Of a stretch of DNA of 37,721 nucleotides, positions 32,972 through 37,721 are shown piece after piece; within the stretch, counting starts at the first letter, position 1; every line of letters begins with the position of its first letter. A program made the position numbers and the translations under genes. The notes under the pieces were generated by a model, which was given only the letters and a program-made list of their open reading frames with translations, had not been told where the DNA came from and did not search any database. Source of the stretch: a virus (Duplodnaviria; Caudoviricetes); the IMG/VR virus record IMGVR_UViG_3300046779_000192, positions 1 to 37,721 of that record; one strand, given 5' to 3'.

Positions 32972-33294
32972 AAATGTTTATCTAAAAGTTGTGCTTGTTG
33001 TTTAATCTTATTAAATTGTTCTTCGCTTACAGTTCTTAATCCATCTTTTCGTTCAAATTGGCTTTCTGCTAAAGCATCACCAAATGTTTTAATCAAACAA
33101 CCAGCATGACCATAAGCACCCCCCCCAATTGGCGACAAATATATTTCGCCACTTTGTTTTTGCCAAACACGATGTTTTTGTAATTTATCAATGCTGCTTG
33201 CGTGTGTTTTGCAAACTTCGCATAAACCATACCAATCAGATCCGTGTCCTGTTTGCTTAATTGTTTGAACAAATAAATTATGTGGCGTATTCAT
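32968..33294 (-). CDS. AT-rich hypothetical protein with CxxC...HxxC motif
   Basis: YGLCEVC...YGHAGCL; composition differs from flanking genes; ATGA overlaps. Confidence 0.65.
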   Translation of the reverse strand: MNTPHNLFVQTIKQTGHGSDWYGLCEVCKTHASSIDKLQKHRVWQKQSGEIYLSPIGGGAYGHAGCLIKTFGDALAESQFERKDGLRTVSEEQFNKIKQQAQLLDKHL

Positions 33295-33500
33295 AATTTT
33301 TGCTCCTGCGTTTGTTTACTGCGCGAGTGCTGGCGCTCCTGCTTCACGCCATTGAGCCAGCCAGCCATCGCGCCACGGTTGGCTGCTTCACGAATCATTG
33401 AGGCCAGCTCATCAGGACGAATGACACCTGTCTTGCCACCAGCCCTGCGGATGAAGTCAATCACGATCTCATCAATCTCGTTTTGTAGTTGCTCGGACAT
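33291..33500 (-). CDS. Hypothetical protein (69 aa)
   Basis: ATG at 33500 with GGAGAGG RBS. Confidence 0.65.
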   Translation of the reverse strand: MSEQLQNEIDEIVIDFIRRAGGKTGVIRPDELASMIREAANRGAMAGWLNGVKQERQHSRSKQTQEQKL

Positions 33501-33524
33501 ATGTTGTTCCTCTCCAAATAGCAT

Positions 33525-33596
33525 TTATTTAGCCAACAAGATTCCAGCGATAAAGCAAAGAACCAAAAATATTGCGTAGTTAACATCAATTTCCAT
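33525..33596 (-). CDS. Possible 23-aa transmembrane peptide
   Basis: MEIDVNYAIFLVLCFIAGILLAK; fits the gap between neighbours. Confidence 0.35.
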   Translation of the reverse strand: MEIDVNYAIFLVLCFIAGILLAK

Positions 33597-33598
33597 GT

Positions 33599-33799
33599 TC
33601 AACCCCAAAGATGGCAAACCAAGAAACCAGCAGCAAAGGCGAGGGTGATGTACACCCAGAACTCTGCTTCTGCTGAACCGTTGGACTGATGGCCTTCCAT
33701 CCATTCCCAACGCTGCTGGCGCTCTAAGTCGTAGTGGTTCTCACCAAATGCGTCACGCATGGTGTTGGGAAAGCGGCGGGTTGTTTCGTTGAGTTTCAT
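33599..33799 (-). CDS. Small protein with C-terminal TM helix (66 aa)
   Basis: AAGGAG RBS; TRRFP.T..DAF motif; hydrophobic C-terminus. Confidence 0.65.
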   Translation of the reverse strand: MKLNETTRRFPNTMRDAFGENHYDLERQQRWEWMEGHQSNGSAEAEFWVYITLAFAAGFLVCHLWG

Positions 33800-33819
33800 G
33801 GTGGCTCCTTAGTGGTTGA

Positions 33820-34065
33820 TTAAAGTTTTGCAATGCGTTGTTTGGCGGTGGCATATGCCCAACGTGTTGCAGCCTCTTGGCTGGCGAAACACTTGGAGCG
33901 TTGAATCACACCAAAGTCAGAGAAGTTACCGTTGGTCATACGAGCGTTCTGCACCCATGCGTAGAAGTTCACACCGTCATCACGCAAGCCAACGATGTAA
34001 CCAATGATGCGACCCTTCGCATCTGTCTTGGTGCTTTTCAAAAATGTTTCTAAGGCTTCGTTCAT
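33820..34065 (-). CDS. Hypothetical early protein (81 aa)
   Basis: First gene of the leftward operon; AGGAG RBS. Confidence 0.65.
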   Translation of the reverse strand: MNEALETFLKSTKTDAKGRIIGYIVGLRDDGVNFYAWVQNARMTNGNFSDFGVIQRSKCFASQEAATRWAYATAKQRIAKL

Positions 34066-34096
34066 GATTGCTCCTGTTAGCTAAGTTGATGATTGA

Positions 34097-34128
34097 ATCA
34101 TAGCACACTTGATTAGATAGTCATCAAG
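34097..34128 (-). promoter_or_regulatory. Leftward promoter with overlapping operator-like palindrome
   Basis: Minus-strand extended -10 TGcTATGAT (34105-34097); CTTGAT-N9-ATCAAG at 34108-34128. Confidence 0.5.
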
Positions 34129-34155
34129 CACTTTATTCAAACTATTTTTAGGAGT

Positions 34156-34184
34156 GTTACATCTAAGCAACAAATCCCTAAAAT
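34156..34184 (+). promoter_or_regulatory. Candidate promoter for the intergenic sRNA
   Basis: GTTACA (34156-34161), 17-nt spacer, TAAAAT (34179-34184). Confidence 0.45.
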
Positions 34185-34189
34185 CATAG

Positions 34190-34280
34190 TCGGCTGGTAG
34201 GTTTCTCCAGCCAATGCTGCGTGGCTCTCCTCTGCGCAGTTGCCTTCAATGGGTGGCGGTTCGCTGTCACCCATCTTTTT
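34190..34280 (+). ncRNA. Putative ~90-nt three-hairpin small RNA ending in an intrinsic terminator
   Basis: Hairpins 34192-34212, 34216-34240 (loop CTCTCCT) and 34249-34274 (TTCG loop, then CTTTTT); G-U pairs favour the plus strand. Confidence 0.65.
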
Positions 34281-34307
34281 ACCCATGTGATCACCTAGTC
34301 AAGTTCA

Positions 34308-34316
34308 TGTTAACAT
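34308..34316 (+). promoter_or_regulatory. Extended -10 promoter positioned for a leaderless transcript of the HTH gene
   Basis: TGtTAACAT, with 7 nt between it and the ATG at 34324; no Shine-Dalgarno present. Confidence 0.5.
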
Positions 34317-34323
34317 ACTGCAC

Positions 34324-34545
34324 ATGAACACATCTACATACATCACAGACATCAAGCAACGAGCTGCGGCTGCTGGCTTCAACATGGCAGAGGTAAGCCG
34401 TGAGGCTGGCCTTGACCAAGCCCAAGTCTCTCGTTGGATTTCAGGCAAAACAGTTCCACTGGTGTCATCCGTGGACAAGCTCAAACAGGCCCTTGACAGG
34501 CTCATTGCAACGCGCATTGACACGCTCACCAAGGAATCAGCATGA
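34324..34545 (+). CDS. XRE/Cro-like helix-turn-helix regulator
   Basis: NMAEVSREAGLDQAQVSRWISGKTVP HTH signature; 73 aa; first gene of the rightward operon. Confidence 0.8.
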   Translation: MNTSTYITDIKQRAAAAGFNMAEVSREAGLDQAQVSRWISGKTVPLVSSVDKLKQALDRLIATRIDTLTKESA

Positions 34546-35009
34546 TTCGCGTCATGGGAGTTGACATCGGCGCTGCTGGCGCGTTCTCGCTGTACGTTGA
34601 CGGGAAGTTTGAGCGCGTTATTGATATGCCTTGCGTTGAGGTCATTCGCGGTGGCAAGAAAAAGAATCACATCTCTGCGCAAGGCGTGGCTGCTGCCATC
34701 AAGGAATTGAATCCAACTCACGCCATCGTGGAGAAGGTTGGCGCGATGCCCAACCAAGGCGTGACATCAATGTTTGCGTTTGGTCGTGCTGCTGGAATCA
34801 TTGAAGGAGCACTGTCAGCTCTGTCAGTGCCAATCACATACGTCACGCCACAGGCGTGGATGAAGGCAACGCAATGCGGCAAAGGCAAGGACGCAATCCG
34901 TCACCGCTGCATGGAACTCCACCCAGATCACCAACAGCAGTTTGCTCGTGTCAAAGACAGTGGCAGAGCAGATGCGACCATGATGGCTTATTACGGGAGC
35001 AAGTTGTGA
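34542..35009 (+). CDS. RuvC-like Holliday junction resolvase
   Basis: VMGVDIG, AIVEKV, FG...G, VTPQAW and GRADA catalytic pattern. Confidence 0.8.
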   Translation: MIRVMGVDIGAAGAFSLYVDGKFERVIDMPCVEVIRGGKKKNHISAQGVAAAIKELNPTHAIVEKVGAMPNQGVTSMFAFGRAAGIIEGALSALSVPITYVTPQAWMKATQCGKGKDAIRHRCMELHPDHQQQFARVKDSGRADATMMAYYGSKL

Positions 35010-35131
35010 CTAAGGCTCAATTGCTAAAACGCGCCGAATGGATATTTGAGTGGAGTCAGCATTACCCTGAAATGAATTGGCAGAAGCAGATGTACTACAC
35101 ATTATTTTTATGGGCTGGATACAAACCATGA
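35006..35131 (+). CDS. 41-aa aromatic-rich peptide
   Basis: GTGA overlap upstream and ATGA overlap downstream. Confidence 0.5.
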   Translation: MTKAQLLKRAEWIFEWSQHYPEMNWQKQMYYTLFLWAGYKP

Positions 35132-35355
35132 GTGACAACAAATCAGAAACCGAAGTGATGCGCGAACACATTGTCTGGCTTGGCTCTGAGCTGATGAAGG
35201 CGCAGAACCAGCTCAGAGATCGCAACGAGATCATGCGTCAATTGCTTGACCCTGAGTTGTACGGCTGGACAGTTCCGCAGGAAATCAGGGCGCAGATATA
35301 CAACCTGTTCAGCCAAGAACACGAACTAGAAATAAATTTATACAACAGGAAATGA
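35128..35355 (+). CDS. Hypothetical protein (75 aa)
   Basis: ATG at 35128; LLDPELYGWTV motif. Confidence 0.65.
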   Translation: MSDNKSETEVMREHIVWLGSELMKAQNQLRDRNEIMRQLLDPELYGWTVPQEIRAQIYNLFSQEHELEINLYNRK

Positions 35356-35359
35356 AACC

Positions 35360-36427
35360 ATGAAAATAAAACTAAGACCATCAGCAGCATCACGCTGGAT
35401 TAACTGCCCTGCATCCGTCAAGTTGTGCGAAGGCATACCGTACCAACCAGCAGGTGAAGCCGCGCAAATCGGCACAGCGATTCACGCAGTTGCTGAGACT
35501 TGCATCTTGACGGGCGTGTCGCCAATCGACTTCATTGGCAAGAAAGTTGAAGGCATCACGATCACAGCAGACAACGCAGACTTCGCGCAGCAGCACGTCA
35601 ATCACATCCGTGATCTAGAGCTGCGTTTGGGGACGTTAAAGGTCGAGCAATACGTCACCGCATACGAGTCAAGCAAACTTGATCTTGGTGGGACTGCTGA
35701 CGTGATGGCGTACAGCGTAGAGAAAGACACGCTGGTCATTGCAGACTTGAAGACAGGCCGTGGTTACGTTGACGCTGACTCTGACCAGATGAAGATTTAC
35801 GCTATCGGCGCGATGCGTTCACTCAAGGAAGAATTCCGCAACATCGAGCTGGCAATTATTCAGCCGCATCACGGTGAGCCACGCACTCACAAGATGACCT
35901 TCAAGGAATTAAATGATTGGGCAGCACTATTTCTAACACCAGCATTAGTTGAAATTTCCAAAGGCAGCACAACACCAACACCATCAGAGAAGGCGTGTCA
36001 GTGGTGTCCAGCCAAAGCAACTTGCCCTGCGCACGTTGAGCAGTTCAATGACGTTGCAGCGCAGCCAGCGATGTACACGATGACAGAAGACGAACTCGCG
36101 GCAATGCTTGCAAAGGTTGACGTGGTGGAGGACTACATCAAGGCGCTGCGCAAGTACGCGACAGAGCGTCTGGAGTCAGGCTCAATCATTCGTGGCTGGC
36201 AGATGCAACCCAAACGTGCGTTGCGCAAATGGATTGATGAGGACAAGGCTTACGAGGCGTTGCTTCAAGCTGGACTCACCACGAAACAAATCTATGTGCA
36301 GTCAATGATCAGCCCGTCAGAAGCGAGTAAGTTGTTGTCGAAAGACGACAAAGCATTGCTGGACGACATTACGAAAAAAGAATCTTCTGGTCTGACGCTT
36401 GCAAGAGCTGTTGGACTTGCGCAATAA
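35360..36427 (+). CDS. PD-(D/E)xK RecB/Cas4-like exonuclease (DUF2800-like)
   Basis: PSAASRW..CPAS, GTAIH, GTAD, IADLKTG, QM.IYA and C.WCPAK..CP cluster-binding motif. Confidence 0.85.
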   Translation: MKIKLRPSAASRWINCPASVKLCEGIPYQPAGEAAQIGTAIHAVAETCILTGVSPIDFIGKKVEGITITADNADFAQQHVNHIRDLELRLGTLKVEQYVTAYESSKLDLGGTADVMAYSVEKDTLVIADLKTGRGYVDADSDQMKIYAIGAMRSLKEEFRNIELAIIQPHHGEPRTHKMTFKELNDWAALFLTPALVEISKGSTTPTPSEKACQWCPAKATCPAHVEQFNDVAAQPAMYTMTEDELAAMLAKVDVVEDYIKALRKYATERLESGSIIRGWQMQPKRALRKWIDEDKAYEALLQAGLTTKQIYVQSMISPSEASKLLSKDDKALLDDITKKESSGLTLARAVGLAQ

Positions 36428-36476
36428 TCCAAACCCCCGTGTCGTTTGACACATAAACCTGAAAGGCAAAAAGCAA

Positions 36477-37064
36477 ATGCTTAATCTCTCATCCTCATCT
36501 GGCGGTGGTAACTACATCCGCTTCTCTCCACAAGCCAACGCATGGACAAACAGCGAAGGCGAAATCCAACTCAAGAAGGTTGTGTTTGATTGCGACAACG
36601 TGCAAACAGGTTGGCTGTTGCTCGTTACAGGTCAACGCGAATGGTTGCCTGATGCAGCGTTAGGTCAGAAGGGCAAGCAGCCTTCGCCAGACCACAAGCG
36701 CGGTTTTCTCGTTAAGTTCTACAACAAGGAGATGGGCTTAGTTGAGTGGTCATCAAACGGTGTCGGTCCAAACATGGGACTTGAAGCTCTGTACAACGCA
36801 GTCTCAGCGCAACGCGCAGCCAACGCTGGCAAGCTGCCCGTGATTGAGTACACAGGCGCGAAGTTGGAGAAGATTGGTAAAGGCACAACCCGTGTACCAG
36901 CCTTCAACATTGTGAGCTGGATTGAGCGTCCTGCTGGCATGGATGCACCAGCAGCGCAAGACGATGGCGAACAGCAGTTCACATCAACAGGTGCAGTTGC
37001 GCAAGCAGCGCCAGCACCGAAGTCGGCAATGGCTCAGGCTGTTGAAGAAGACGAGATGTTCTAA
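36477..37064 (+). CDS. Putative single-stranded DNA-binding protein
   Basis: Aromatic beta-rich core, flexible Ala/Pro linker and acidic C-terminal tip EEDEMF; follows the exonuclease and precedes a terminator. Confidence 0.55.
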   Translation: MLNLSSSSGGGNYIRFSPQANAWTNSEGEIQLKKVVFDCDNVQTGWLLLVTGQREWLPDAALGQKGKQPSPDHKRGFLVKFYNKEMGLVEWSSNGVGPNMGLEALYNAVSAQRAANAGKLPVIEYTGAKLEKIGKGTTRVPAFNIVSWIERPAGMDAPAAQDDGEQQFTSTGAVAQAAPAPKSAMAQAVEEDEMF

Positions 37065-37077
37065 CATCAAGCAAAAG

Positions 37078-37109
37078 ACGGGGCTGCTTAACGGCGGTCC
37101 CGTTTTTTT
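37078..37109 (+). terminator. Intrinsic terminator after the putative SSB gene
   Basis: ACGGGGCTGCT-TAAC-GGCGGTCCCGT hairpin running into a T7 tract. Confidence 0.8.
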
Positions 37110-37115
37110 GTCTCT

Positions 37116-37232
37116 ATGAAAATACTAAACGAAGAATTTTTGGAGTTGCTCGTAATTGCATTGGCTCAAAGGGTCTATGAATTGGAGCAACGCATTGAAA
37201 CAATAGAAGAAGAAGGATATGACGATGAATAA
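37116..37232 (+). CDS. 38-aa acidic coiled-coil peptide (absent from the ORF track)
   Basis: MKILNEEFLELLVIALAQRVYELEQRIETIEEEGYDDE; fills the gap and overlaps the next start. Confidence 0.5.
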   Translation: MKILNEEFLELLVIALAQRVYELEQRIETIEEEGYDDE

Positions 37233-37524
37233 GCCACACAAACACGCAGAACTCATCAAGGCTTGGGCTGATGGCGCTGAAATTGAAATTAAGTTTTATA
37301 ACGGGTGGAGAGATTGTCAACCAGTTGATTGGAATGAGAACGCAGAGTTTCGTATCAAGCCAGAGCCAAAGCCAGACACACAATATTGGTGTCGTACATA
37401 CGAACATTCAGGTGGCAGCATCTTTACTCCACACCTTTTATCGCCAACAGAAATTTGTCCAGCAAATTTGAAACTCACATTTGACGGTGAAACAGGCAAG
37501 CTGAAATCAGCAGAGGTTTTGTAA
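37219..37524 (+). CDS. Hypothetical phage protein (101 aa)
   Basis: HKHAELIKAWADGAEI...RIKPEPKPD...NLKLTFDGETGKLKSAEVL; AAGGA RBS; stop abuts the primase ATG. Confidence 0.7.
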   Translation: MTMNKPHKHAELIKAWADGAEIEIKFYNGWRDCQPVDWNENAEFRIKPEPKPDTQYWCRTYEHSGGSIFTPHLLSPTEICPANLKLTFDGETGKLKSAEVL

Positions 37525-37721
37525 ATGCAAGCCGAACAAATAGCAAAGGCGCTAGGCAACGCGAAGAAGGTCAACGGCAGTTGGCTGGCGAGTTGCCCAT
37601 TGCCAACTCATGGGCAAGGAAACGGGGACAAGAATCCTAGCCTTTCAATCTCTGACGGTGCGGATGGTAAACCGCTGTTCAAGTGCCACGGTGGGTGTGA
37701 GCAGCACGATGTGTTTGCAGC
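37525..37721 (+). CDS. 5' part of the primase-helicase: zinc-binding domain, continues at base 2/103
   Basis: MQAEQIAKALGNAKKVNGSWLASCPLPTHGQGNGDKNPSLSISDGADGKPLFKCHGGC carries a CHC2-type zinc finger, in frame with the start of the window. Confidence 0.88.
   Translation, partial: MQAEQIAKALGNAKKVNGSWLASCPLPTHGQGNGDKNPSLSISDGADGKPLFKCHGGCEQHDVFA
37620..37721 (+). repeat. Terminal overlap, right copy (matches 1-102)
   Basis: 97 of 102 positions identical to the first 102 bases. Confidence 0.95.

Noticed and set aside
31347-33579. Plus-strand ORFs over the leftward operon (e.g. 31538-32038, 32106-32675)
   Set aside because: The minus strand is already tiled by RBS-bearing, overlapping genes; the plus-strand translations look like antisense shadows.
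35360-36427. CRISPR-associated Cas4 / CRISPR system
   Set aside because: No repeat-spacer array or other cas genes; the context next to a resolvase and putative SSB fits a stand-alone phage exonuclease.
37620-37721. Biological direct terminal repeat of the virion DNA
   Set aside because: It falls inside a coding sequence far from the terminase genes and the copies differ like alleles; assembly circularity is the simpler explanation.

Overview
The window reads as an essentially complete genome of a tailed, podovirus-like dsDNA phage. Bases 37621-37721 repeat bases 2-102 with 5 substitutions, so the unit length is about 37,619 bp and the primase-helicase gene is split across the contig ends. 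Plus-strand order: primase-helicase, iteron/palindrome origin, HNH-like gene, small terminase, a signal-dense 500-bp spacer, large terminase, glycosyltransferase plus methyltransferase, P22-like portal, scaffold, major capsid, a second glycosyltransferase, adaptor, tail fibres, an enlarged lysis cassette (Rz with embedded Rz1, GH19 endolysin), nozzle, and five putative ejection proteins, the last with an ADP-ribosyltransferase-like domain. A minus-strand block of small accessory genes (29.6-34.1 kb) is followed by a divergent control region and a plus-strand block (HTH regulator, RuvC-like resolvase, PD-(D/E)xK nuclease, putative SSB). Spanins and lipoproteins imply a Gram-negative host; a freshwater betaproteobacterial host is my inference only. 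I recognised no integrase, DNA polymerase, canonical tRNA or CRISPR array. The most interesting unexplained signals are: a tRNA-shaped, CCA-ended RNA with a loop-loop kissing interaction upstream of terL; a dif-like site and DnaA boxes between the terminase genes; a three-hairpin sRNA with anti-Shine-Dalgarno loops; a shared C-terminal GLLG motif on the ejection proteins; a possible virion glycosylation/methylation module; and apparent complete absence of CCGG and CCWGG. All family assignments come from motif recognition by eye; no database searches were run.
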